A DNA stretch of 64,000 nt from Chitinophagales bacterium (lineage in GTDB: Bacteria > Bacteroidota > Bacteroidia > Chitinophagales > CAIODY01), in contig CANGEV010000002.1 in NCBI GenBank assembly GCA_947452995.1, positions 1,172 through 65,171 of the forward strand, in the 5' to 3' direction. Shown here in pieces: positions 18,965 to 28,568 of the stretch (position 1 is its first letter; each line of letters begins with the position of its first letter). A program made the position numbers and the translations under genes. The notes beneath the pieces were generated by a model, which was not told the DNA's origin, searched no databases, and saw nothing but the letters and a program-made list of their open reading frames with translations.

Positions 18965-20460
18965 TATTCATAGCATCCAATATCTGGATTGCCACTTCTA
19001 GTTACATCATCCAAATCATCTACCAAGCCTATCGTCGCGTCACCTGCATTGCGTGCAGCACTCGTGCTTACTAGGTGATAATTATCGGCAGTACGATTAT
19101 AGAACAAACCGCTCCAATCCAAATTGACAGCGCAATTATTCAATTTAGTAGCATCAATTAAAGTGGGTTCAATTTGTAATAAGCAATTAGTAAAGCTATA
19201 GTTGAAAGGTGCTCCGGCATTAAATCCTAGCGCATGATCTAGATACACCTCATAATTATTGTTGTACTTGTCCGCTTTATTGAAAATATTGCCAATCACC
19301 ATACTATTATCAAACGTGGCATCCACTTGCGCAAGGGCTCCCGTACCGTTAAAGACCATATAATTTCCAATGACCAAACAAGGAGAACTATGGTCAATCG
19401 TATTACTAGTATAATTGGCAATCGTACAATGTTTGAAATGGTATTGCCCACCAAAGGCGATATTTACGCACTCCTTAGAACAGTTATAAATGAGGGTGTT
19501 GTTGACGTTGGCAATACTATTAAATCCAAAAATGGCGTTTTCCTGACAATTATAAATTTTGCATTTATTGATAGTAACTGACGGAGCGGAATTGAAATAG
19601 AAATTACTCAGCTGTAGGCTAACGTTTGCATTCGGGGCATAAGTAGAACCAAGAATAAAGGCACTGGTTGCATTCTTGATGATACAGTGCTCGAAAGTAC
19701 TACCGCTAGCCGCATTTCTTAAAAAGACAATGCCTCCCCATTGACCAGGTAATTCATCATAAAAACGCTCCAAGCGATCGCCACGGAAAAGAATACTGTC
19801 TTGCTTAGTTCCAAGCGCTTGAATCGCTCCACTCACCAATAAATAGGCTCTTGGATGACAATAAATTTTTGCCCCCGCTTCGATTGTTAAAGTCGCGTTT
19901 GTATCCACCAAACAACTACGCAAGAGCACGTGTGGCTTATCATTTTTCCAAGTGCTTGTTTGTATCTCTTCATACACATGAAAATACGCGTCTTGTCCCC
20001 ATGCCTCAACAGTCACTTGGCGCTTATTGTTATTGCAAATAAAAACGATGTTTTCATCAATTACCAAGGGTGTATTCTGATTATTTACATTCGGTTTTAC
20101 GCCTACAAAAACGTAAATACTGTCATTCGCAGGAATATCAATATCCTTGAAAGTGCTTGCGGATACACCATCTACGTTAATGTAGAATACGCTGCTCGCG
20201 CCACTTTGTAAGTAGATATCACTGATGCGTAATGTCTGAGAATACGGATTGTAAATCTTAAAAGAACCCGTTGTTGAGCCTATCGAAGTGAATAAAGTAT
20301 CGAAGCTAAGCGTATCCGTCGAAAAGCTTGGTGCGGCCTTAGAGTCGCTTAAAATGCTATTCGACTTGCGGCAGCTACTTTGCGTGCCGAGAAGTGCGAG
20401 TGTTAAAAACACCACTAATAGAAATCCAATAAAGGAGCTTTGCTTAACGGCAGGTTTCAC
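18961..20460 (-). CDS. putative lipoprotein with right-handed parallel beta-helix repeats
   Basis: Signal peptide ending ...LGTQSSC, and repeated short N/G/I-rich beta-helix turns (NCxxNAIFGF, NTLIYNC etc.). Confidence 0.5.
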   Translation of the reverse strand: MKPAVKQSSFIGFLLVVFLTLALLGTQSSCRKSNSILSDSKAAPSFSTDTLSFDTLFTSIGSTTGSFKIYNPYSQTLRISDIYLQSGASSVFYINVDGVSASTFKDIDIPANDSIYVFVGVKPNVNNQNTPLVIDENIVFICNNNKRQVTVEAWGQDAYFHVYEEIQTSTWKNDKPHVLLRSCLVDTNATLTIEAGAKIYCHPRAYLLVSGAIQALGTKQDSILFRGDRLERFYDELPGQWGGIVFLRNAASGSTFEHCIIKNATSAFILGSTYAPNANVSLQLSNFYFNSAPSVTINKCKIYNCQENAIFGFNSIANVNNTLIYNCSKECVNIAFGGQYHFKHCTIANYTSNTIDHSSPCLVIGNYMVFNGTGALAQVDATFDNSMVIGNIFNKADKYNNNYEVYLDHALGFNAGAPFNYSFTNCLLQIEPTLIDATKLNNCAVNLDWSGLFYNRTADNYHLVSTSAARNAGDATIGLVDDLDDVTRSGNPDIGCYEY

Positions 20461-22864
20461 AGTATTCTCTTTTAATTAATGGGTGTTCTAAAACTTGTAT
20501 CGAGAGATAGGGGTCGCTGAAAAGCTGACAATATCTTTTCGCATTGAGCTCCTTAGCCTTGGAAAGCGCAAATCTAAAGTCTGGATTAAACCAATTCTCC
20601 GAGTAACGTCCAATCACGGATATATAGGTAAAAACAAACTTTTCACTCACGCCTTCGTCACGTAAATACGGTGTCATCAACTGCGCTGCATATCGGTAGT
20701 CGTTGTGTCGAATAAATATATCCGCCATCTGTAAGGCATTTTCCCAATTCGATCGGCCTTTGTCCACGGAGAACTGTTTTCTCAATTTCTCCATCGCCAT
20801 CACCACATTTTTATTACCAAGACCAGTGCCTGATGAGTCGAACTGCGAAATGATCTTGAATAAATATTCCATATAAAGCGCATTCACCATTTCTGGTTTC
20901 AACTTGCTTTTTTTCAAAGTCTCAATTCGATTACCATACTCATCAATCATTGCCTGATCTTTGAAATAATCATTGTTCAAAAAGGCTAGTATTCGATTGA
21001 ATTTTAGTTTATCATTATTAGGGTCTAGCTTCACTAATTCATTCAAACGTCCTTGCATAGCGGCTGTTAAGGTATCGTCTCTGTAAAACCTACTTTCAAT
21101 AAAAAGCTGATTCATACATAATGGAACCGTTTCAAAACGTACTGGAATCTTAACACGTAGAAGCACCGCTGGATCATACTTGCCAATCATACATTGGCGT
21201 ATAGCGTATTGTTGAATGCGAAGTGCTTTGTAATACGATTCTTTAGCTATCGCTTTCTCCAGTGAATGAATCACAAAAGGTAATTCATTATCACCATCTG
21301 TCATATAACGTACCTTCATATGCACCTCTGTCACACGCTCTTCTTGTAAAATTGGTTCGAACTCTTTGCGAAGCGCTAGTGAACTATTAATCGTATCTAG
21401 CAAACGCTTTTTACTCATTTTGGTATAAATGGCTCGTTCCGTATTAAGCACTTGTCGCTGAAATAATTCGTAGCCATCTCTCGTTTCAATGGTATTCACG
21501 AAGTCTGATTTATTGAATTTTTTCAAGGCTTCAAGAATACTTTTAGCTCGCTTAATTTGAAGCAAGGTGTTTTTAATGGAATCGCCTTCAATACTCGTGT
21601 AGGCAACGATATCAATCGCTTCGATAGTATATTTAGGTTCATTCAACGCATCCAAAATTGGCTGCAAATCTTTTAGTTTGTATTCCGATTTGTTTTTATC
21701 AAAAGGGATTTTAAACACCAAACTATTTTTAGTGGAGTCCATCTCAATATCGTCGCGGATATTACATGTTAGGCAAGGATTGATGGTGTCTGGCATTAGA
21801 CTCATCCCACGATCATTACTCATACGATTGCCTTCCATATAGGCACGCATCACACGTTTGCAGAATTTGCCTTTTTGAATAATGTTCACGTTGATCTCAT
21901 ATTCCCCACCTAGTTTTTTTAAGATAGAGCGCGGCACCGTCGCAATATACCCTTCGAATCGATTTTCACGTTCCGGTGAACTATTACTTTTGAATAATTC
22001 TTTTGAATAAATAGGTTTCAGCAAAATTCCACGATGCATTTTTTCCGCATCGTAGATATTGAAGGTATCGCAGGGATATTGCGCTTTTTGAATGATATCA
22101 ATCGCTATTCCATCATCGGCATTGGCCAATAACTTTTTCAAACGACGCAAGTTTCCATATTCAAAATATATCTTGCCCTGTTGTATACTTAATCCTTGTT
22201 GTAAGGCATTATAATCGTCGAAACGCTCGCAATTACGGCACTCTTTCTGGTTGCCACCTGTTACGCCATAATCACGTTTAGAGTAGGGGAGATTCAATAC
22301 CTTACGCAAGCTCTTTCCTTGGTTTATCGTCTCCAAACCACCTACCACTATAGAAACAAAAATTCGCTTCCCGCTCGCGTCTACGCTTGCTCCAATGCCA
22401 ATATAAAAGGCTGTTGGGTTATTGATAATGTCTGAATATTTTTTCGCTTTGTTGACTTTCGCTAAAAGATCATCTACGACCTGATTGTAGGTAAAATAAG
22501 TTTTTACATCTTTCCCAATATTCGTCCCCTGAACAATTTCTAGTCCTAAACTTGTTCCACCATAAAACGCAATACGGTCGCCGGTGGTACGTTTATTTTT
22601 ACTGGAGCCTTCTTGATTGATTTTCTTTGTTTTTGCCATCGTAGCAGACTGATCAACTGCTGCTTTTTCTAATACCTCACTCCAAAGCAACTCATCCTTA
22701 TTTTGAGATAAGCGTTGCTCATTTATTTTACGATGATAAATCTGGTCGAATAGGATATAATCGAATTTGTCTGGGTTGATTTTGTCATCTGCCGTTTGCG
22801 CAAATACACTAGCGACAGCTCCGTTTAGCAAGCTGAAAATAATAATCCATAAACACTTCTTCAT
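20444..22864 (-). CDS. large secreted hypothetical protein with an N-terminal CAP/SCP-like domain and a degenerate OmpA-like segment
   Basis: I chose the start at MKKCLWIIIFSLL (signal peptide) rather than the 43-codon upstream extension. The CAP-like region lies around ...YIGIGASVDASGKRIFVSIVV, and the segment VAYTSIEGDSIKNTLLQIKRAKSI is OmpA-C-like. 17-nt overlap with the downstream gene. Confidence 0.5.
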   Translation of the reverse strand: MKKCLWIIIFSLLNGAVASVFAQTADDKINPDKFDYILFDQIYHRKINEQRLSQNKDELLWSEVLEKAAVDQSATMAKTKKINQEGSSKNKRTTGDRIAFYGGTSLGLEIVQGTNIGKDVKTYFTYNQVVDDLLAKVNKAKKYSDIINNPTAFYIGIGASVDASGKRIFVSIVVGGLETINQGKSLRKVLNLPYSKRDYGVTGGNQKECRNCERFDDYNALQQGLSIQQGKIYFEYGNLRRLKKLLANADDGIAIDIIQKAQYPCDTFNIYDAEKMHRGILLKPIYSKELFKSNSSPERENRFEGYIATVPRSILKKLGGEYEINVNIIQKGKFCKRVMRAYMEGNRMSNDRGMSLMPDTINPCLTCNIRDDIEMDSTKNSLVFKIPFDKNKSEYKLKDLQPILDALNEPKYTIEAIDIVAYTSIEGDSIKNTLLQIKRAKSILEALKKFNKSDFVNTIETRDGYELFQRQVLNTERAIYTKMSKKRLLDTINSSLALRKEFEPILQEERVTEVHMKVRYMTDGDNELPFVIHSLEKAIAKESYYKALRIQQYAIRQCMIGKYDPAVLLRVKIPVRFETVPLCMNQLFIESRFYRDDTLTAAMQGRLNELVKLDPNNDKLKFNRILAFLNNDYFKDQAMIDEYGNRIETLKKSKLKPEMVNALYMEYLFKIISQFDSSGTGLGNKNVVMAMEKLRKQFSVDKGRSNWENALQMADIFIRHNDYRYAAQLMTPYLRDEGVSEKFVFTYISVIGRYSENWFNPDFRFALSKAKELNAKRYCQLFSDPYLSIQVLEHPLIKREYCETCR

Positions 22865-22949
22865 AAAACCCATACCAAACAAAAATAGTGAAAAGACCGA
22901 AGTAAAACCACGAAAAAATTGGGCATTTTCTTCGTATCTTGGCCATGCT

Positions 22950-24146
22950 ATGAAGTTAGGAATTATTCGCGAAGGGAAGAACCCGCCCGACAATCGTGTG
23001 GCGCTTAGTCCGCATCAGTGTAAAGTGGTGAAACGCCAATTTCCACAATGGGAATTAGTGGTGCAACCATCACCGAATCGTTGTTATACGAATGAAGAGT
23101 ATATCGCTGCAGGAATCACTATGCAAGAGGATTTGAGTGATTGTGATATTTTAATCGGTATCAAAGAGGTGCCGATTGACGAGCTTATTGCTGGTAAAAC
23201 CTATTTCTTCTTTTCTCACACGAAAAAGAAGCAACCGTATAACAAGAAATTGTTGCAAGCAATCATTCAAAAGAAGATCCGATTGATCGATTATGAATGC
23301 CTAACCTACACTGATAAACAGCGCATTTTAGGCTTTGGCTTTTTTGCAGGTATTGTAGGGGCGCATAACGGACTTTTAACCTATGGTAAAAAGACGGGCA
23401 CCTTTAATTTACCGCCCGTTCATCGATTCACCGACTTTAGAGAAGTAATCCGTCAATATTTCGAAGTTAAACTTCCTCCGATAAAAATTGTTTCTACTGG
23501 TAATGGTCGAGTAAGTACCGGTATTGTAGAAACTATGAATATGTTTGATATCAAACGTGTGAGCCCTTCTGAATTCTTGAAAAAGAAGTTTGATTATCCT
23601 GTTTATGTGGAGTTAACGGCCGAGCAATTGTATAAACACCAAGACACGCAGGTATATCATCGAGAAGATTTTAGAAAGCATCCTGCGAATTACTATTGCG
23701 ATTTTGAAGCCTATACGCAGCAAGCAGATGTGTTATTGAATGGGGTGTATTGGGAGAAAAATATTCCCGCTTTCTTCGATGCGAAGGATTTAGCAAAGCC
23801 CGACTTTAATATTCAAGTAATCGCAGATATTACCTGCGACGCTTATGGTTCCATTCCAATCAATTATGGTTCAACCATTATACAGGATCCTACCTATGGC
23901 GTTCATCGTCAGAGTTTGGAGAAAGTTGCTCCGTATTTACAAGGTACCGTGGATGTAATGGCCGTAGATAATTTACCGAATGAATTACCGCGCGATGCGA
24001 GTGATTTCTTTGGGGTGCAATTGACAAAAATGGTGTTACCTGAATTATTGAAAACGCAGAGTGATATTCTAGATCGCGCTACGATAACGCAAGACGGGGT
24101 ATTGACTGCTTACTATGAGTATTTAACTGATTATGTTCAAGATTAA
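22950..24146 (+). CDS. alanine dehydrogenase/PNT-N-domain protein (LOR/SDH-like NAD(P) oxidoreductase)
   Basis: I chose the start MKLGIIREGKNPPDNRVALSP, which is the typical family N-terminus. The 61 codons upstream in the track overlap the divergent gene. Confidence 0.65.
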   Translation: MKLGIIREGKNPPDNRVALSPHQCKVVKRQFPQWELVVQPSPNRCYTNEEYIAAGITMQEDLSDCDILIGIKEVPIDELIAGKTYFFFSHTKKKQPYNKKLLQAIIQKKIRLIDYECLTYTDKQRILGFGFFAGIVGAHNGLLTYGKKTGTFNLPPVHRFTDFREVIRQYFEVKLPPIKIVSTGNGRVSTGIVETMNMFDIKRVSPSEFLKKKFDYPVYVELTAEQLYKHQDTQVYHREDFRKHPANYYCDFEAYTQQADVLLNGVYWEKNIPAFFDAKDLAKPDFNIQVIADITCDAYGSIPINYGSTIIQDPTYGVHRQSLEKVAPYLQGTVDVMAVDNLPNELPRDASDFFGVQLTKMVLPELLKTQSDILDRATITQDGVLTAYYEYLTDYVQD

Positions 24147-24163
24147 AATTTGTTTCCATTAAT

Positions 24164-25477
24164 ATGCATATTATTCAACAAGTGATTTTTGTTTTAGTAG
24201 CGGCAGCTGCTATTTATTTCTTCACGAAGCAGGTGATTCGCATTCGTAAAAATATCTTGCTAGGGCGTGATGAAGACCTTTCTGATAATAAAGAACAGCG
24301 TTGGAAAAACATGTTCATTTTTGCACTCGGGCAGAAGAAGATGTTCACCAACCCACTCGTAGCCTTCTTGCATTTAATTGTGTACATAGGGTTTATTATC
24401 ATCAATATTGAGATGTTAGAAATCGTACTAGACGGTATTACAGGTCAACATCGTTTGTTTGTTCCGTTCCTTGGCGACTGCTATACTTGGTTGATTAACT
24501 CTTTCGAGATCTTAGCATTTTTAGTATTAGCTGCCTGCGTGGTATTCTTATTCCGTCGCCACGTTGTAAAGGTAAATCGCTTCACGAAGCCTGAGCTAGA
24601 AGGTGCTCCGACACGTGACGCCGCTATTATTCTATTTACAGAAATTGTCTTGATGTCCTTGTTCTTATTCATGAATGCTGCTGATCGTTTATTGCAGGAT
24701 GCCGGGGTAGCGCATTACACGAGTACGGCGCCATTTCTTATCTCTTCGCATATTGCAAGCTGGTTGAATGGGACTTCTCCAAACGCGTTAATGCTAATGG
24801 AACGTGCGGCTTGGTGGTTACATATCATCGGAATTTTCGCTTTCTTAAACTACTTACCTTTTTCGAAGCACTTACACATCGTAATGGCTTTCCCAAACAG
24901 CTTCTACGCTAGCTTGCGCCCGGTGGGTCAGATGGAGAATATGCCGATTGTTCAAAAGGAGGTGGTGTTAATGTTACAACCAGAACGTGCGAATGAATTC
25001 CCTGAAACAGACCCGAATGCGCCGATTAAATTTGGAGCAAAGGATGTACAAGATTTATCTTGGAAGAATCTAATGGATGCTTATTCTTGCAGCGAATGTG
25101 GTCGTTGTACAGCTGCTTGTCCGGCCAATCAAACGGGTAAAAAATTGTCGCCACGTAAAGTGATGATGGATACACGCGATCGCTTGGAAGAAGTTGGTTT
25201 GTTACTAGAAAAGAATGCAGAAGTGCCTGTAGAAGGTAATTTGCTAGATCGTATTCGTGTAGAAGAATTAAGAGCGTGCACGACTTGTAACGCCTGCGTA
25301 CAAGCTTGTCCATTGAATATTTCTCCTTTAGACATTATCCTACAATTACGTCGTTCCTTAGTAATGGAAGATTCGAATGTTCCGAACGAATGGGCGATGA
25401 TGTTTGGTAACTTGGAGAATAACCAAGGTCCTTGGAAATTTAGTAACGAAGATCGCGCTAACTGGCGCAATGCTTAA
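24164..25477 (+). CDS. membrane-anchored (Fe-S)-binding protein, HdrE/HdrD-N-like
   Basis: About 5-6 N-terminal TM helices followed by two 4Fe-4S ferredoxin motifs, CSECGRCTAACP and CTTCNACVQACP. Confidence 0.75.
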   Translation: MHIIQQVIFVLVAAAAIYFFTKQVIRIRKNILLGRDEDLSDNKEQRWKNMFIFALGQKKMFTNPLVAFLHLIVYIGFIIINIEMLEIVLDGITGQHRLFVPFLGDCYTWLINSFEILAFLVLAACVVFLFRRHVVKVNRFTKPELEGAPTRDAAIILFTEIVLMSLFLFMNAADRLLQDAGVAHYTSTAPFLISSHIASWLNGTSPNALMLMERAAWWLHIIGIFAFLNYLPFSKHLHIVMAFPNSFYASLRPVGQMENMPIVQKEVVLMLQPERANEFPETDPNAPIKFGAKDVQDLSWKNLMDAYSCSECGRCTAACPANQTGKKLSPRKVMMDTRDRLEEVGLLLEKNAEVPVEGNLLDRIRVEELRACTTCNACVQACPLNISPLDIILQLRRSLVMEDSNVPNEWAMMFGNLENNQGPWKFSNEDRANWRNA

Positions 25478-25495
25478 TCATAAAAAGAGATTCTT

Positions 25496-26278
25496 ATGAA
25501 CGTAAAATTGATGAGTGAAATGATGGCCACTGGTGAAAATCCAGAAGTGCTATTTTGGGTAGGCTGCGCGGGTAGCTTCGACCAACGTGTACAACGTATC
25601 ACAAAAGCTTTTGCAGAGATTTTGAATAAAGTAGGGGTGTCCTTCGCGATACTCGGACCAGAAGAGGTATGTACCGGAGATCCTGCACGCCGCGCCGGAA
25701 ATGAAATGGTATTTCAGATGATGGCTAATATGAACATTCAAGTTTTGAATGGATATGGAATTAAGAAAATAGTAACTACCTGCCCACATTGTTTTAATAC
25801 ATTGAAGAATGAATACCCGGAACTAGGCGGTAACTATGAGGTGGTGCATCACGCTACTTATTTGCAAGAATTAATCGATGCCGGCCGAATTCGCATCGAA
25901 GAAGGCGGCTCCATGAAAGGTAAAAAAATCACTTTTCATGACTCCTGCTACTTAGGTCGTGCTAATAATATTTATGAAGCACCTCGTCAAGTATTGCAAG
26001 CTTTGGATGCTGATTTGGTGGAAATGAAGAGCTGTCGTACAAATGGCTTGTGTTGCGGAGCGGGCGGTGCACAAGTGTTTAAAGAAGATGAACCTGGTCA
26101 AACACGTATTAACATTGCTCGTACCGAAGAAGCGATTGCTACTGGCGCCTCCGTAGTAGCTGCTGCTTGTCCTTTTTGTATGATAATGTGGGAAGATGGT
26201 GTAAAGCAAAAAGGAGTAGAGAATCAAATTGAATTGAAAGATATCGCCGAATTAATCGCAGAACGTATCAAAGATTAA
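25496..26278 (+). CDS. (Fe-S)-binding protein with two CCG cysteine-rich domains (HdrD-C/GlpC/LutA-like)
   Basis: CCG-domain cysteine patterns: VGCAGSFD...CPHCFN and DSCYLGR...CCGAGG...CPFCM. Confidence 0.8.
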   Translation: MNVKLMSEMMATGENPEVLFWVGCAGSFDQRVQRITKAFAEILNKVGVSFAILGPEEVCTGDPARRAGNEMVFQMMANMNIQVLNGYGIKKIVTTCPHCFNTLKNEYPELGGNYEVVHHATYLQELIDAGRIRIEEGGSMKGKKITFHDSCYLGRANNIYEAPRQVLQALDADLVEMKSCRTNGLCCGAGGAQVFKEDEPGQTRINIARTEEAIATGASVVAAACPFCMIMWEDGVKQKGVENQIELKDIAELIAERIKD

Positions 26279-26781
26279 TGGTTATGGAAAATTACTTTGC
26301 CAGCTTTCCTGAATCAGCACGTGTATGGATCTATCAAGCAGATAGAGCCTTAACGCCCTATGAAGTTCATAGTCTAACTCCGGTATTGCAACAATTTGCC
26401 CAACAATGGACAGCCCATAAATTGGCGCTTCGGGCAGATGCGGCTATCCTGCATTCGTATTTTCTGGTTTTAGTAGTCGATGAAAATGTCCACGATGCAA
26501 GTGGCTGTAGCATTGATTCTTCCGTAAAGTTTGTCAAAGAAATAGGAACACAATTAAGTATTGATTTCTTTAACCGCTTAAATGCGGTGGTACAGCGTGA
26601 GCAACAATTTGAACTGCTAAGTTCGAATGCACTCAGAGAGGCAATAAATTCAGGATATGTTAATGCTCAAACCATGGTATTTAATAACCTGGTGAATACC
26701 TTAACAGAACTACGTAAGGAATGGCTTTTGCCGTTGGAACAAACTTGGATGAAGCGCTATCTAGCAGTGGCTAAGGCTTAA
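26278..26781 (+). CDS. conserved hypothetical protein, translationally coupled to the CCG protein
   Basis: 167 aa. TAATG stop/start overlap at 26276-26280. The motif LVVDE-x-x-x-x-ASGCSIDSSV recurs in Bacteroidota homologues as I recall them. No assignable function. Confidence 0.5.
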   Translation: MVMENYFASFPESARVWIYQADRALTPYEVHSLTPVLQQFAQQWTAHKLALRADAAILHSYFLVLVVDENVHDASGCSIDSSVKFVKEIGTQLSIDFFNRLNAVVQREQQFELLSSNALREAINSGYVNAQTMVFNNLVNTLTELRKEWLLPLEQTWMKRYLAVAKA

Positions 26782-27164
26782 CCTAAACCTCCAATATGCT
26801 TTTTCAAGGATTTAATTTGAGAATCCCATAACAATTGCTGATCCTTCATTTCTTTCGGATCCGCGAAATCAGTAATTGTTAGAATAGTGTCTTGTGAAAT
26901 ATCACTCTTTTTGATGCTGAATTCAAAATATTCATCCTTCGCTTGATAATCCCAACGATAACGAACAAATTCATCATCATCCGACGAAACTAGTTCTGCA
27001 TGGTCTGTATACCCCTCCCATGTAAAGGAGTAATTACCGTTGTGGTTGTCGACATGATCAGCAAACCATAAGGCCAATTCACTCGGCTCCGTAAGGAATT
27101 CATATAAAATTGCCGGTGAAGAACGTACTACATACTCTAAACTATATTGTTTCTTTTTCGCCAT
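26778..27164 (-). CDS. START-like/SRPBCC-fold small protein
   Basis: 128 aa. The N-terminus YSLEYVVRSSPAILYEFLTEPSELALWFAD is typical of AHSA1/START-like proteins. Confidence 0.5.
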   Translation of the reverse strand: MAKKKQYSLEYVVRSSPAILYEFLTEPSELALWFADHVDNHNGNYSFTWEGYTDHAELVSSDDDEFVRYRWDYQAKDEYFEFSIKKSDISQDTILTITDFADPKEMKDQQLLWDSQIKSLKKHIGGLG

Positions 27165-27246
27165 AATTGTTTGCGGAGCTCGATTTGTAATTTCTCCGAC
27201 TGCAAAATAGAAAACTAATTCAATTCTCCAAATGATTTTAGTCTAT

Positions 27247-27254
27247 TAAATTTG
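27247..27254 (+). promoter_or_regulatory. candidate -7 box (TAAATTTG) upstream of rpoD; a second candidate, TATTTTTG, lies at 27274-27281
   Basis: Matches to TAnnTTTG in the divergent intergenic region. Confidence 0.3.
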
Positions 27255-27319
27255 TTTTACGTCTAAAATTCCGTATTTTTGTATCCCTTTAAGGAATACT
27301 AATAAATCCAATTTTCGCA

Positions 27320-28189
27320 ATGAGGCAACTTAAGATTACCAAATCCATTACTAATCGCGAAAGTCAATCCCTCGAAAAATACTTACAAGAAATCGGTAAA
27401 GTAGATCTTCTTACTCCAGAAGAAGAGGTGCAGTTGGCTGTTCGAATTAAACAAGGTGATCAGGCTGCGTTGGAACGCTTAACAAAAGCTAACCTCCGTT
27501 TCGTAGTTTCTGTAGCTAAACAATACCAAAATCAAGGTTTATCCCTCTCTGATTTGATCAATGAAGGAAACCTTGGCTTGATTAAAGCCGCTCAACGTTT
27601 CGATGAAACGCGTGGTTTTAAATTTATCTCTTATGCTGTTTGGTGGATTCGTCAATCTATCCTTCAAGCTTTGGCAGAACAAAGTCGTATCGTGCGTCTC
27701 CCTTTGAATAAGGTAGGTTCATTGAATAAAATTAACAAAGCCTTCTCTCAACTAGAACAAGAATACGAGCGTGAGCCTTCTCCAGAAGAATTAGCAACCG
27801 TATTGGAAATCGCAACGGAAGAAGTAGCAACCACTTTAGGTGTTGCTGCTCGTCACGTATCTGTTGATGCACCTTTCGTAGATGGCGAAGAAAATTCATT
27901 ATTAGACGTTCTTGAAAATCCAAACGCTACACGTGCTGATAGCCGTATGGAATATCAAGAGTCATTGCGCCAAGAAATTGAGCGCTCTTTGTCGACTTTG
28001 ACTGATCGTCAAAAAGACGTTATTAAATTATATTTCGGTATCGGTGTTGAACATCCGATGAGTTTGGAAGATATCGGTGAGAAATTCGCCCTTACTCGTG
28101 AACGTGTTCGCCAGATTAAAGATAAAGCGATTAACAAATTACGTGGCACTAGCCGTAGTAAGTTGTTGCGCTCTTACTTGGGAGGCTAA
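27320..28189 (+). CDS. rpoD: primary RNA polymerase sigma factor (Bacteroidota sigma-A)
   Basis: Region 2 ([46 protein letters not shown]) and the region 4.2 HTH ([24 protein letters not shown]). Confidence 0.92.
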   Translation: MRQLKITKSITNRESQSLEKYLQEIGKVDLLTPEEEVQLAVRIKQGDQAALERLTKANLRFVVSVAKQYQNQGLSLSDLINEGNLGLIKAAQRFDETRGFKFISYAVWWIRQSILQALAEQSRIVRLPLNKVGSLNKINKAFSQLEQEYEREPSPEELATVLEIATEEVATTLGVAARHVSVDAPFVDGEENSLLDVLENPNATRADSRMEYQESLRQEIERSLSTLTDRQKDVIKLYFGIGVEHPMSLEDIGEKFALTRERVRQIKDKAINKLRGTSRSKLLRSYLGG

Positions 28190-28211
28190 TCCCAAACCGT
28201 TATGAATGTTT

Positions 28212-28247
28212 AAAAAAGGATGTTATCTTCGATAGCATCCTTTTTTT
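28212..28247 (+). terminator. rho-independent terminator after rpoD
   Basis: Stem AAGGATGTTATC/GATAGCATCCTT (one G.U pair) followed by T7. Confidence 0.7.
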
Positions 28248-28562
28248 ATGCCCAGAATCTCGACACTTATCCTGCTTTTCAGCCTTTGCTTTAGCATTGC
28301 AAGCGCTCGGCCACATTATCGCATTCACGTTTTTAAAACGACTCATAAGGAGAGTATTGGCTATGGATACGATATTCTAAATGCAGGTAAGCCTTTCATT
28401 CATCAAGCAAGCGTTCCTGCCATTGCCGGAAACGAACCGTTTAAAACACGCAAGCAGGCAAAACGAGTGGCTCGGTTGGTCCGTAAAAAATTGAAACAAG
28501 GAATAATGCCTCCTACCATAAGCCTTACTGAATTACAGGCCTTAGGGGTAATAGGGAAATAA
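28248..28562 (+). CDS. small secreted protein, DUF4907-like
   Basis: Signal peptide. The motif HQ-x-x-VPA-x-x-GN-x-x-F-x-x-x-x-x-A and the PPT-x-x-x-x-EL tail resemble DUF4907. Confidence 0.45.
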   Translation: MPRISTLILLFSLCFSIASARPHYRIHVFKTTHKESIGYGYDILNAGKPFIHQASVPAIAGNEPFKTRKQAKRVARLVRKKLKQGIMPPTISLTELQALGVIGK

Positions 28563-28568
28563 ACTTAA

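Noticed and set aside
22767-22949. A 61-codon N-terminal extension of the LOR/SDH-like ORF, which overlaps the start of the divergent 849-aa ORF. The reciprocal 43-codon extension at 22865-22993 was also considered.
   Set aside because: The internal starts MKLGIIREGKNPPDN and MKKCLWIII (signal peptide) match the expected mature N-termini. They leave an 85-bp divergent promoter region. The extensions would force the two genes to overlap head-to-head.
28241-28250. The DUF4907-like ORF's start codon directly abuts the rpoD terminator T-tract, considered as a possible regulatory coupling.
   Set aside because: This could simply reflect compact genome organisation with read-through, or an internal promoter that I cannot see. 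There is not enough evidence to call it a mechanism.
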